Assembly: GCA_965220305.1 (NCBI GenBank)
Contig: OZ244817.1
Location: forward strand, 1,571,919-1,635,918
Source: Dehalococcoidia bacterium
GTDB lineage: Bacteria; Chloroflexota; Dehalococcoidia; Lucifugimonadales; UBA3495
Reading direction: 5' to 3'
DNA length: 64,000 bases
Positions within the stretch are counted from its first letter, which is position 1, and every line of letters begins with the position of its first letter. Shown here one piece after another: positions 1-9,191 of the stretch. Below the pieces are notes generated by a model. It was not told where the DNA came from. It did not search any database and saw only the letters and a list, made by a program, of their open reading frames with translations. The position numbers were made by a program, and so were the translations under genes.

Positions 1-167
1 GCAAGATGCGGGACAAGAACTTCGCCAAGGACGTGAACCGGGATGACATCAACCGGGGGGCCGAGGAACTGGGGGTGGACCTGGACGAGCACATCACCTT
101 CATCGTGGAGAGCATGAAACCCATCGCGGCGCAGATAGACTTGGTCTCCCAACCGGCGGAAGGGTAG
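1..167 (+). CDS. 3' end of a gene cut by the window edge; tail resembles HD-family metal-dependent phosphohydrolases
   Basis: Frame 3 is open from the edge to TAG 165-167: KMRDKNFAKDVNRDDINRGAEELGVDLDEHITFIVESMKPIAAQIDLVSQPAEG*. Family guess is from memory of similar C-termini only. Confidence 0.35.
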   Translation, partial: KMRDKNFAKDVNRDDINRGAEELGVDLDEHITFIVESMKPIAAQIDLVSQPAEG

Positions 168-217
168 ACGGCTCACCCCCATCCTGACCTCCCTCCTTGA
201 GGAGGAAAGGACTGGCT

Positions 218-1489
218 CTATCCTTGCGGGGGCAGGGGCTTTTCTTCTTCCCCAAAGGGCCACAACTCTGGTAGCTCGAAGCTCAATTCCGCCTGGGGAT
301 ACCGTCCCTCCAGTAATGACAGGTGCTGCGGCGTCAGCAGGGGCGTTGGCAGTCCCTCCAGCCGTGGCCCAGGCGTATCCCCAGCCTCGAATCCCCACAG
401 GCGGGGCGATTCCACATTTTTGCTCAGGGCCAACGCCCGGAAGTCGCCCAATCCCCCGGGCCGGGCCAGGTCCACCATCCCCGCCCGGTTGGCCCGGACC
501 TCCGTTGGCCGCAGACCCAGCGCGGGCAATTGCTGCTGAAAATTCCCCAGCCCCAGGTTATGCAGCAGCCGCCCCTGCGACGTAAACCCGGCAGGCTGCA
601 ATCCCGCGCGCCGTGCGGCGTTCACCACCGAGGTGAAGTCGACCTGGGCAGTCATGTCCTGGCCCCCGATGCGCGTCAGCGGGGAATCAGTCTGAACGTG
701 CCGGTAGAAGGTGGTCAGGGAGCCACGGGGCCGCTGCTCCGCCGAATAGAGTTCTTCCGCCGGATGGCCGTAGTCGATGGTCAGGACAAACCCGGCGTCC
801 AAGGCTTTCGCCACTTCCTCGGCCCAGCCCTCCAGTCCCAGGTTGATTTCCGCAGTCTGACCCTCGGCCAACTCAACCCGCAGACCTTCCAGGCGGGCCG
901 CCAGGGACGGCGTTGAGGGCTCGCCCAGGACTTCGGCCAGCTCGCCGCCCGCCAGGGTCACGAACACCTCCCGCAATTTCCCGTCGCGCCTGGTCACCTG
1001 GTGTACCGGAAATGCGTCCAGAAACTCGTTGGAGATGAAGCAGCCGGTTACGCCCCGCAACGGGACGCCCGAGGCCACTACCGCAGATTCCAGCGGTTGC
1101 CCACCTCCGGGTAAAGCAGGCCCGGAACGCGGGCCGGGGCGCAAGTCCAAGCAGAGGTAACGGAGGGCCGCGCGAAACTCGGCGGGCAGGTGGGAAGTGT
1201 AATCGGTTACGTCGCGGCAGAGTTGGCCGTTGCCCGCGCCCTGCTCCACCACGGTAAAGGGGCGCGGACAGCCCAGCAATTGCCACATCTGGAAAAGTTG
1301 CACCGCCAGCAGCGCCCCGAAGGCTGGATGCACCATCGGGCTGGTGTAGAAATCACCGGCGGGGCCGATAGGGTCTTGGCTGGTGTAGTAGCCGCCCTGG
1401 GGCCAAAAGAGGGCCACCGCCATGAATTCAGCGAAGGTGATGGCCCCCTGTTCCCGTATGCGGCGGCGTATTTCCGCCTCAGCGCTCAT
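218..1489 (-). CDS. MidA-family (DUF185 / NDUFAF7-like) SAM-dependent methyltransferase
   Basis: Within ORF 218..1861. Start chosen at ATG 1489 (MSAEAEIRRRIREQGAITFAEFM...) because upstream codons overlap citrate synthase. Contains VVEQGAGNGQL SAM-binding-like motif. Confidence 0.75.
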   Translation of the reverse strand: MSAEAEIRRRIREQGAITFAEFMAVALFWPQGGYYTSQDPIGPAGDFYTSPMVHPAFGALLAVQLFQMWQLLGCPRPFTVVEQGAGNGQLCRDVTDYTSHLPAEFRAALRYLCLDLRPGPRSGPALPGGGQPLESAVVASGVPLRGVTGCFISNEFLDAFPVHQVTRRDGKLREVFVTLAGGELAEVLGEPSTPSLAARLEGLRVELAEGQTAEINLGLEGWAEEVAKALDAGFVLTIDYGHPAEELYSAEQRPRGSLTTFYRHVQTDSPLTRIGGQDMTAQVDFTSVVNAARRAGLQPAGFTSQGRLLHNLGLGNFQQQLPALGLRPTEVRANRAGMVDLARPGGLGDFRALALSKNVESPRLWGFEAGDTPGPRLEGLPTPLLTPQHLSLLEGRYPQAELSFELPELWPFGEEEKPLPPQG

Positions 1490-1587
1490 GGGCCGCCATA
1501 AACTGTTGGCAAAAAAATCACAGAGGCTTTTAACAAGCCTCTGCGACTGGGTGGTCTGCCTATTGCCAAGGGGGTGGCCGCCGCTAA

Positions 1588-2721
1588 CTATCCCCGCTGT
1601 TCCAGTGGGACGTACTCCAAGTCCATCTCGCCGGTGTACTCCAACAGCGGGCGAATCAGAATATTGTCCCCAAACTGTTCCATGCACTGTAGCGTCCAGC
1701 CAGGAATGCGGCCCAGGGCAAATATGGAGATGAACAGGTCGTCGGGGATGCCCAGCAGGTAGTAGATGGAACCGGCGAAGAAGTCCACATTGACGAAGAT
1801 GCCCCGCGAGCGGTATGGCACCATCGCCACTTCTTCCACGTAGGTCAAAATCTGGAACCACTGGGGCTGCCCCATCTTCTCGCTGAGGTCGCGGGAGCGT
1901 TCCCGCAGGTGCCTGGCCCGGGGGTCTTCCGCCCGGTAGACCCGGTGCCCGAACCCCATGATGCGACCGCCGTTGTCCAGGATGTTGCGGCAGTATTCCT
2001 CGGCGTTTTCCGGGTGGCCGATGTCCAGGGCCATCTTCATCACTTCTTCAGCAGCGCCGCCGTGGGCCGGACCCTTCAGGACGCCCACGCCGGTGACCAC
2101 CGCCGAATGGAGGTCGGAGATGGTGGAGGCGGTGACCCGAGCGCCGAAGGAGGAAGCATTGGCCCCGTGCTCGGCGTGGAGGATGAAGTCCACGTCCAAC
2201 AGCTTCGTAGTCTCCTCGTCGGGCACCGCGTTGAACAGCATATACAGGAAGTTTCCCGCGTGGCTCAGGTCCGGGTTGGGCGCCACCGGCTCCAGGCCCT
2301 GACGCAGCCGATGGTGGGCCGCCACAATGGTCGGCCCCATTGCCGTCATCCGGATGCCCTTGCGCAGGGTGGCTTCCGGGGAGTTGTCCGTCACCTCGGG
2401 ATCGAAGGCGGAGAGGGCGGAAATGCCCGTGCGCAGCGCGTCCATGGGATGGCTGTCCTTGACCAGATCAAGCACCTGGATCACCTGGTCGGGAATGCGC
2501 CGGTTGGCCCGGAGCAGCGCGTCGAACTCGGCCAACTCCTGCTTATTAGGCAGCTTGGCGTTGAGGAGCAGGTATATCACTTCTTCAAAGGTAGACTTCT
2601 CGGCCAGGTCGTGGATGTCGTAGCCCCGATACAGCAGCTTGCCCACTTCTCCATCAATGAAGCTGGACTCGGTGGTATCTAGGTAAACATCCTTAAGTCC
2701 CTTCATGATTTCTGGAGCCAT
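1588..2721 (-). CDS. gltA: citrate synthase (377 aa type)
   Basis: MAPEIMKGLKDVYLDTTESSFIDGEVGKLLYRGYDIHDL..., GFGHRVY and HAEHG motifs; GGAGG-type RBS upstream of ATG 2721. Confidence 0.9.
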   Translation of the reverse strand: MAPEIMKGLKDVYLDTTESSFIDGEVGKLLYRGYDIHDLAEKSTFEEVIYLLLNAKLPNKQELAEFDALLRANRRIPDQVIQVLDLVKDSHPMDALRTGISALSAFDPEVTDNSPEATLRKGIRMTAMGPTIVAAHHRLRQGLEPVAPNPDLSHAGNFLYMLFNAVPDEETTKLLDVDFILHAEHGANASSFGARVTASTISDLHSAVVTGVGVLKGPAHGGAAEEVMKMALDIGHPENAEEYCRNILDNGGRIMGFGHRVYRAEDPRARHLRERSRDLSEKMGQPQWFQILTYVEEVAMVPYRSRGIFVNVDFFAGSIYYLLGIPDDLFISIFALGRIPGWTLQCMEQFGDNILIRPLLEYTGEMDLEYVPLEQRG

Positions 2722-3175
2722 GCCCTTCGTCCTCCTTCCAGGTGTGCCCTGGGTCTACGCCCCGCGCGTAGCGCAATTATTTATTGGGTAGAGTGCAGTT
2801 TGGGGCTGGTCTAAAACGGCCAAACAGATAACGGGAAATTGGGCCGATTTTAGCATTGCGCCCTATGTGTGTCAAGGAAAGACGCCCCTGGCGGGGGGCC
2901 TCTCGCCTGGCCCGTAAGGCCGCTCCGAGTGGGCCCGTCGGCCTATTCACCAAACCCTGCCCTGACCCAGAGCAGGGTCTTTCGATTATCAGCAATTGCG
3001 TCGCTCCAAGAGCCAATTGCCTGCCCTCGGAAATCCCCCTTTGCAAAAGTGGGAGAGAAAGGCCCCCCTTTTTGAAGGGGGTTTGGGGGGATTTTCCACC
3101 TTCACCAACTCGGGAGCTTGCGGCTGTATTGGCCTGACTACGAGAATCGAAAGACCCTGAGCCCGGCGCCCGGCG

Positions 3176-3359
3176 CAGGGCCTTTTCATTTTCAGCAAAT
3201 GTCATTCTGAGCGAAGCGAAGAATCTGAAATCCTTCATCCGGGACCTCGTCCGAGTACCGAAGAAAAGCGATTTTGGCAAGAACTTTAGATTCTTCGCTC
3301 TGCTCAGAATGACAGAAAAGTACGGGATGACCAGGTGAGACGAGAATGAAAAGGCCCTG
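3176..3359 (-). mobile_element. 184-bp MITE, copy 1 (inverted relative to copies 2 and 3)
   Basis: Termini CAGGGCCTTTTCATT...AATGAAAAGGCCCTG. Flanked by perfect 10-bp direct repeat GCGCCCGGCG (3166-3175 and 3360-3369). About 97% identical to copies at 17365 and 51145. Confidence 0.85.
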
Positions 3360-3378
3360 GCGCCCGGCGCTACCCATA

Positions 3379-3408
3379 TTGACAACAATGGAGACGCTGC
3401 CCGATAAT
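3379..3408 (+). promoter_or_regulatory. sigma70-like promoter TTGACA-18-GATAAT upstream of the DUF1800 gene
   Basis: TTGACA at 3379-3384, GATAAT at 3403-3408, 60 nt before ATG 3469. Confidence 0.4.
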
Positions 3409-3468
3409 CCAAGATAACTTTGCAGTAACACCGTACCCACATATCCAATTTAGGGAGGAGCAAGACGG

Positions 3469-4869
3469 ATGGCTGAACAAGATATTGCCCTGATGGCCCA
3501 CCTCATGCGTCGGGCCGGCTTCGGAGCGGCCCGCGAGGAGTTGGAAGTCCTAGCCGCCAAGGGGTACGAGACGGTAGTGGAAGATCTGCTCAATCCCCAG
3601 GACCAACCGGACCTGGACCGCTTTGAGTTGGTGCGCTACCACCCCTGGGTCTGGAAGCCCGGCACCCTGCCTGGCATGGGTTCCAGCGAGTGGCTCTGGT
3701 TCATGATTAACACCAAGCGTCCCCTGGAAGAAAAGATGGCCCTATTCTGGCACCATCTCTTCGCCACCGGCGTCTCCAAGGTGGACCACTACGACGAAAT
3801 CACCGCTATGGTAGCCATGTTCCGGGAAAAGGGCATGGGCAGCTACAAGGAACTGCTGCTGGAGTTGTCCAAGTCCCCGGCCATGATTTACTGGCTGGAC
3901 AACTGCGAAAATCACGCCGAGGCCGTCAACGAGAATTGGGGTCGGGAGCTACTGGAGCTGTTCAGCATGGGCGTGGGCAACTACACCGAGGTTGACGTCC
4001 GGGAAGTGTCCCGCGCCTTCACCGGCTGGACCATCGAGGCCAAGTTGCCGCGTGGCCCCATCGGTCGCCATGACTGGCACTTTACCTACCTGCAAGACGA
4101 CCACGACGATGGCGAAAAGACCTTCCTCGGCAAGACGGGCAACCTCAACGGCGAAGACGTCCTGAACATCATCTGCGAGCATCCGGCCACCGCCGGCTTC
4201 ATCGCCCGCCACCTGTATAACTACTTCGTGGCCGACGAAGCCCAGGTGCCCGCCTGGGCGGTGACTCCGCCCCGGGACCAGGACGCCATCGACACCCTGG
4301 CCAACACCTTCATTGACTCGGGTTACAACATCAAGGCCACCCTGCGGGTGCTGTTCAACTCCGACTTCTTCAAGAACGCCCGCTTCGCCCGGCTGAAGAA
4401 CCCCGCCGAAGTGGTCATCGGCACCCTGAAGCTGGTGGGCGGCTACGACTTCCCGGCCCCGGGCTTGGGCGAACTGTCCCGGCAGCCCAACTACATGGGC
4501 CAGGACCTGCTGAATCCTCCCAGCGTGGAGGGTTGGCATACCGGCGTGGAATGGATTAACAGCGGCTCCCTGATGCGCCGCATCAACTTCACCGCCGACC
4601 TGGTGGGCGACACCAGCCGGCCCGGCGTCCAGAACATTATCAACCGGCTGAAGGCCCAGGGAGACCTCTCCCCGGATGGGTTCGTGGACATCTGCCTGGA
4701 CCTGATGGGCCCCTTGGAAGTGGACGAGGACACCCGCAAGGAGCTGGTGGACCATACCGCCGCGGGCGGCGCCCTCAGTTGGGGCGGCGGGTTGGACTCC
4801 ACCTCGGCAGAGCGAGTGTCGGAGATGCTCCAACTCATCGTCTCCCTGCGGGACTACCAGTACGCCTAG
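3469..4869 (+). CDS. DUF1800 domain protein
   Basis: MAEQDIALMAHLMRRAGFGAAREELE... N-terminus is typical of DUF1800; paired with a downstream DUF1501 gene as usual. Confidence 0.8.
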   Translation: MAEQDIALMAHLMRRAGFGAAREELEVLAAKGYETVVEDLLNPQDQPDLDRFELVRYHPWVWKPGTLPGMGSSEWLWFMINTKRPLEEKMALFWHHLFATGVSKVDHYDEITAMVAMFREKGMGSYKELLLELSKSPAMIYWLDNCENHAEAVNENWGRELLELFSMGVGNYTEVDVREVSRAFTGWTIEAKLPRGPIGRHDWHFTYLQDDHDDGEKTFLGKTGNLNGEDVLNIICEHPATAGFIARHLYNYFVADEAQVPAWAVTPPRDQDAIDTLANTFIDSGYNIKATLRVLFNSDFFKNARFARLKNPAEVVIGTLKLVGGYDFPAPGLGELSRQPNYMGQDLLNPPSVEGWHTGVEWINSGSLMRRINFTADLVGDTSRPGVQNIINRLKAQGDLSPDGFVDICLDLMGPLEVDEDTRKELVDHTAAGGALSWGGGLDSTSAERVSEMLQLIVSLRDYQYA

Positions 4870-4948
4870 AACTGTAGGGGCTGGGCGGCAGCCAGCCCCG
4901 GGCGTCCCATTGCGGCGCCAGCCACTTCGATGCAAAGGAGAAAAGTCA

Positions 4949-6076
4949 ATGGCTACAACCAAGAAAGACCCGGTGCTGGTAGTCCTCCAGCTTACCGGCG
5001 GCAATGACTACATGAACACGGTAATCCCCTACGCCGATCCCCGTTACCGGGACAACCGCCCGGTGGTAGGCGTACCCGAAGAACGGGTGATTAAGCTCAA
5101 CGACAGGATTGGCCTGCACCCGGAACTGGCCCCCATCAAGGGCCTCTACGACCAGGGCAACGTCGCCATCATCCACGGCGTGGGCTACGCCAACTCGCCC
5201 CGCTCCCACTTCCGCTCCATGGACATCTGGCACACCTGCGAGCCGGACAAGCTGGGCACCGAGGGTTGGTTGGGCCGGGCCGCCCGAGACATTGACCCCA
5301 ATAAGGAGAACGTGGTCACCGCCGTCAGCTTTGGCCCCAGCCTGCCCCGGGCTCTGGCCCTGCCGGGCGTTCCGGTGGCCTGCGTGGACGACCTGGACTC
5401 CTTCGGGATGCTCCCGGGAATTTCCGAGCAACAGCAGCGCAACAAGATTCTGGACCGCTTCAGCCGTCTCTACTCGCCCACCATCGGCAACGGCTTCGTG
5501 ATGGACTACCTGGGCCAGACGGGGCTGGACTCCCTGGCCGCGGCGGACATCCTGAAGGCTGCCCCCCAGCAGTACTCTTCCAGCGTCGAATACCCGGACA
5601 CCCCCATCGCCAAGAAGCTGAGGGGTGTCGCCCAGGTGCACATGGCCGATGTGGGCGCCCGGGTGCTCTACTGCGACCACGGCAGCTTTGACAGTCACTC
5701 CAACCAGGTGGGGATGCACGACAGGCTGTGGGTGGACGTGTCCCACGCCGTCGAGAGCTTCTTCGACGACCTGCGGGAGAATGACGCCGCCGACAACGTA
5801 ATCATGCTCCTGTTCACCGAGTTTGGCCGCCGGGTGCACGACAACGGCTCCGGCACCGACCACGGCGCAGCGGGCGCGGCCTTCGTCATCGGCGACCGGG
5901 TTAAGGGCGGCGAGTACAGCGAGTTCCCCTCCACCGCTCCCCAGGACCTGGAACAGGGCGACCTGGTGCCCAACACCGACTTCCGCAGCGTCTACTCCAC
6001 CATCCTGGAAGACTGGATGGGACTGGACGCCAACCCGTTGGTGGGCGGCAACTTCGAGAAGGTCTCCTTCATCTAA
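4949..6076 (+). CDS. DUF1501 domain protein (sulfatase-like fold)
   Basis: MATTKKDPVLVVLQLTGGNDYMNTVIPY..., ...DHGSFDSHSNQ..., TEFGRRVHDNGSGTDHG. AAAGGAG RBS at 4934-4940 supports ATG 4949. Confidence 0.8.
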   Translation: MATTKKDPVLVVLQLTGGNDYMNTVIPYADPRYRDNRPVVGVPEERVIKLNDRIGLHPELAPIKGLYDQGNVAIIHGVGYANSPRSHFRSMDIWHTCEPDKLGTEGWLGRAARDIDPNKENVVTAVSFGPSLPRALALPGVPVACVDDLDSFGMLPGISEQQQRNKILDRFSRLYSPTIGNGFVMDYLGQTGLDSLAAADILKAAPQQYSSSVEYPDTPIAKKLRGVAQVHMADVGARVLYCDHGSFDSHSNQVGMHDRLWVDVSHAVESFFDDLRENDAADNVIMLLFTEFGRRVHDNGSGTDHGAAGAAFVIGDRVKGGEYSEFPSTAPQDLEQGDLVPNTDFRSVYSTILEDWMGLDANPLVGGNFEKVSFI

Positions 6077-6285
6077 GCCAATCGTCCGAGATTTCTAGCC
6101 CCAGCCCAGCCGCGCTGCACCGAGAAGGGGTCAAACCCTTGGCAGCGCAGAACCGGGCTGGGGCGCCGCTCAGCGACGGAGGAAGGGATGCGCCGCTCCC
6201 TGGCGGTGACTCCCTCTAAGGTGTGGCAGAGTGGGTTCAAGGTGCGCCAATTAGCGGCACCTTAATAATCACACGAGGGAAGTAA

Positions 6286-7356
6286 ATGCTTACGCAGATA
6301 GCAGCGGGACGGGTCTACGACTACAGCCACAGCGTGGGCCGCGGCTCCCAGTCCGGAATGGGGTTCTCCCAGCCGGTGGCCATAGCCTTGGGCCAGGATG
6401 GCCTGGTCTACGTTTTGAACCGGGGCAGTGAAAGCATCAGCAACGTGCCCTGGAACCGCACCGGAGTGGGCGCCCGGGTCAGCCAGCTAACCATGGGCCC
6501 CGAACCCGGCGACGAAGAGTTCGTCGGCGAGTTCAGCCGGTACGGCAACGGCAACGGCCAGTTCATCTGGGGTTCGGGCATCGCCCTGGACAGCCAGCAG
6601 AATGTCTACGTATCCGACGAGTGGCTCAACCAGGTGGTGGTCTTTGACAAGGACGGGAAATTCCTGAGCCAGTGGAGCGCCCTGGAGCAGGACGACGGCC
6701 AGCCCCACGGGGCGGCCAACATTGCCCTGGACGCCCAGGACAACGTCTACGTTACCGATGGCCGTAGCCACCAGGTCCGCAAGTTCACCAAAGACGGCAA
6801 GTTCCTCACCAGTTGGGGCGGCCCCGGCACGGAGAACGGCCAGTTCAACGCCCCCTGGGGTCTTACCGTAGACCACCAGGACAACCTTTACGTGGCCGAC
6901 CACCTGAACCACCGGGTGCAGAAGTTCACCTCCGAAGGGGAGTGGCTGGCCCAGTTTGGCGAGGCGGGCACTGGCCGGGGCAAGCTGCAACTCCCGGTGG
7001 ACGTGGCGGTGGACCCGGAGGGCGATGTATACATTTGCGACTGGAGCAGCAACGGGCAGCACCCGGGCCGGGTGCATATCTTCGACTCCACCGGCAAATT
7101 CATCATCTCCCTGGTTGGCGACGCCCAGGAACTCTCCAAGTGGGCGAAAATGACGGTGGACGCCAATGCCGACTACATCAAGCGGCGCCGTGAAGTGGAC
7201 CTGCGCAACATGGAATCGGAGTGGCGTTTCGCCGTACCCACTGGGATAACCTACGACGCCGAGAATCGACGCCTGGTCGTGGTCGACAGCCAGCGCAGCC
7301 GGTTCCAGCTTTATAACAAACTGGATGGCTACCTGGTCCCCCAGATGAACCTGTAG
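6286..7356 (+). CDS. NHL-repeat beta-propeller protein
   Basis: Repeated NG-QF--P-GIA-D---N-YV-D--N-R-Q-F---G-F units, about 6 blades. Confidence 0.75.
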   Translation: MLTQIAAGRVYDYSHSVGRGSQSGMGFSQPVAIALGQDGLVYVLNRGSESISNVPWNRTGVGARVSQLTMGPEPGDEEFVGEFSRYGNGNGQFIWGSGIALDSQQNVYVSDEWLNQVVVFDKDGKFLSQWSALEQDDGQPHGAANIALDAQDNVYVTDGRSHQVRKFTKDGKFLTSWGGPGTENGQFNAPWGLTVDHQDNLYVADHLNHRVQKFTSEGEWLAQFGEAGTGRGKLQLPVDVAVDPEGDVYICDWSSNGQHPGRVHIFDSTGKFIISLVGDAQELSKWAKMTVDANADYIKRRREVDLRNMESEWRFAVPTGITYDAENRRLVVVDSQRSRFQLYNKLDGYLVPQMNL

Positions 7357-7390
7357 CCGGCCATCCCGTAAAGTTACCCGGCGAGCTTTG

Positions 7391-7423
7391 AAGGACGCCT
7401 CCGCTGGGGGCGTCCTTTCCTCT
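7391..7423 (+). terminator. putative intrinsic terminator after the NHL gene
   Basis: Stem AAGGACGCC (7391-7399) pairs with GGCGTCCTT (7409-7417), followed by TCCTCT. Confidence 0.4.
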
Positions 7424-7598
7424 GGGGGAAGGTCCCCTCGCTTCCAGCCTGGGCGCCGGGCAAAGGTACTCTGGCCTGGCGTCCCATTGGTAGGCCAGCC
7501 CACAGCCTCGGGGATGCGACGCCAGGTAGGGCAACCGCAGCGGCCCCACACCCCAGACCAGGGCTGAAAGTTGATTCTGTTCATGGGCAGCAAGCAGT

Positions 7599-7928
7599 AT
7601 GATGGACCGGGCCACTGAGGAAGAGTACCTCCGACTAGCGGTTAACAACGCCAACATGTTATGTTCCGAAGCCCCCCGGAAAATTCTGGACGCCTGCTCC
7701 GCCGAGATTGAACCGACCAGTTTCCTGGAAGACTTCTTCTCCGCCGGGTATTCCCAGTGGGTGCTGGAAACCTACGGTCGCCGGCTGCCCCAGGAGCGCA
7801 TCAACAACGCTATCATCGTGTTGTGGCTGCGGGCCTGCCGCCTCCACACTAGCCTCCTGCTGGGTGTCCAGGACCTGGACTGGGACCGGCCCTTCTTCTC
7901 CGACGTGGGGCTCTACGGCGACGACTGA
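7599..7928 (+). CDS. hypothetical protein (109 aa)
   Basis: ORF with host-like GC3-rich codon usage; no recognisable motif. Confidence 0.4.
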   Translation: MMDRATEEEYLRLAVNNANMLCSEAPRKILDACSAEIEPTSFLEDFFSAGYSQWVLETYGRRLPQERINNAIIVLWLRACRLHTSLLLGVQDLDWDRPFFSDVGLYGDD

Positions 7929-8026
7929 CACGCTGTAGTCCCCGGCCCGCTGCCGGCATGGGTCGTTGGAACGCTGGGGAAGCTGACCGCCGGGAAATGG
8001 ACCAGCAACGAAAGGAGAATTGACCA

Positions 8027-8404
8027 ATGAACATTACGACTTTGGACCAGAGCCCCCAGAACCACCGGGGCGGCCAGGTCTCCCACTTGCTCCTGGCCCA
8101 GGGGCAATTCGGGGTGGAGAACCTGGCGGTCACCTGGGTGGAGGGCGAGCCGGGAAGTGAGCAAGCCGTCCATTCCCACGATGGGAAGGAGCAGGTATAC
8201 ATCATCGTTCAGGGGCGGGGCGCCATGCGGGTCGGCGACGAGGTCGAAGAAGTGGGGCCCGGCACTGCCATCCTGGTGCCGCCCGGGGCCAGCCACTCCA
8301 TCCGAAACATCGGGGACGAGCGGCTCATCTACGTCTCCGCCACCTCGCCGCCGTTTGAGATTTCACCGGAAAGCTCCGCCTTTACCTTTTCGCCCGCCCG
8401 TTAG
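8027..8404 (+). CDS. cupin domain protein
   Basis: HSHDGKEQVYIIVQGRG...VGPGTAILVPPGASHSIRN, a two-motif cupin signature; GAAAGGAGA RBS. Confidence 0.8.
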   Translation: MNITTLDQSPQNHRGGQVSHLLLAQGQFGVENLAVTWVEGEPGSEQAVHSHDGKEQVYIIVQGRGAMRVGDEVEEVGPGTAILVPPGASHSIRNIGDERLIYVSATSPPFEISPESSAFTFSPAR

Positions 8405-8425
8405 GGGCGGCCTACCACAGCCACC

Positions 8426-8455
8426 GTCATTCCGGCGCCGACCAGAATCTAGGGG
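8426..8455 (+). repeat. REP-like palindromic unit (GTCATTCC..GGAATC-AGGGG family), diverged copy
   Basis: gtcattccggcgccgaccagaatctagggg. Confidence 0.5.
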
Positions 8456-8590
8456 CTTGGGGCTTGAGCAGCCGTCCTTCCGTTGGAGCCGACGGGGTTC
8501 GCGCTCCGGCCAGCGGTGGGGCCAAGACCCCGCAGCAGGGCGGCAGACTAGCGCCACGGCCCATAAAATACGTTAAAATTAGAGCCACGG

Positions 8591-8680
8591 GGAGGGATGG
8601 CAGAGTGGACGAATGCGACGGTCTTGAAAACCGTTATACCCGCAAGGGTATCGTGGGTTCGAATCCCACTCCCTCCGCCA
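8591..8680 (+). tRNA. tRNA-Ser (anticodon UGA), CCA encoded
   Basis: Acceptor GGAGGGA/TCCCTCC. Anticodon arm ACGGT-CTTGAAA-ACCGT. Long variable arm ATACCCGCAAGGGTAT. T arm GTGGG-TTCGAAT-CCCAC. Confidence 0.9.
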
Positions 8681-9006
8681 AAATGCAGCCGACGCGGCCC
8701 GGCCCCACGGTAAATCCCCATCCAAGCCTCCCCCTCGGGGGCGCGGACCGGCCCATTCCGCTTTCATTCTCCCCACAGGCCAGAACTGGCTCCCCGTCAT
8801 TCACTCGGACCGGAATCCACGGCAGTTGCGGACCCGGTGACGTTCCTCCGCCGGAGCGCTTGAGGCGAGGTCAGACGATTCCCGAACAAGGGCGTCACCC
8901 GCCGCACAACCTGAGCATTGACTTTTGAAGGACAATACCCGAGGACCAGGGTATTTCGATTGTCCGGACAAAGGGCAAGGTGCGCTTTCGGACAGGAGCC
9001 CCTAAC

Positions 9007-9036
9007 GTCATTCCCGCGAAGGCAGGAATCCAGGGG
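9007..9036 (+). repeat. REP-like palindromic unit (same family)
   Basis: gtcattcccgcgaaggcaggaatccagggg. Confidence 0.7.
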
Positions 9037-9129
9037 TGGCGGCTTGCGCTGTCCGGGGACTTTAGACCATTCTCTCCGCTCACAGTCACAGTCGAAAGAC
9101 CACTGCCGAGGGCCAGCGGCCCCGGCTTG

Positions 9130-9138
9130 TGGTACAAT
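9130..9138 (+). promoter_or_regulatory. possible extended -10 element (TGgTACAAT) upstream of the Mo-enzyme gene
   Basis: TGGTACAAT at 9130-9138, about 55 nt before the start codon; no clear -35. Confidence 0.3.
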
Positions 9139-9191
9139 TCTACCGATCTCAGCAATTGAAAACGGGCAAAATTTAAGATTTGTGGAGGTGA

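Noticed and set aside
2777-3463. 228-aa ORF, together with 3192..3440, 16879..17532, 17297..17575, 50819..51544 and 50251..51312 C-terminal parts, sharing the peptide ...SHLVIPYFSVILSRAKNLKFL...FFASLRMTFAENEK.
   Set aside because: The shared peptide is the translation of the 184-bp MITE. The similarity is at DNA level in both orientations, and the ORFs sit in intergenic repeat stacks.
8591-9191. tRNA-Ser (and likewise tRNA-Pro at 56522) as the attachment site of an integrated element.
   Set aside because: I found no duplicated copy of either tRNA 3' end elsewhere in the window and no integrase or recombinase gene. The flanks are REP stacks and ordinary genes.
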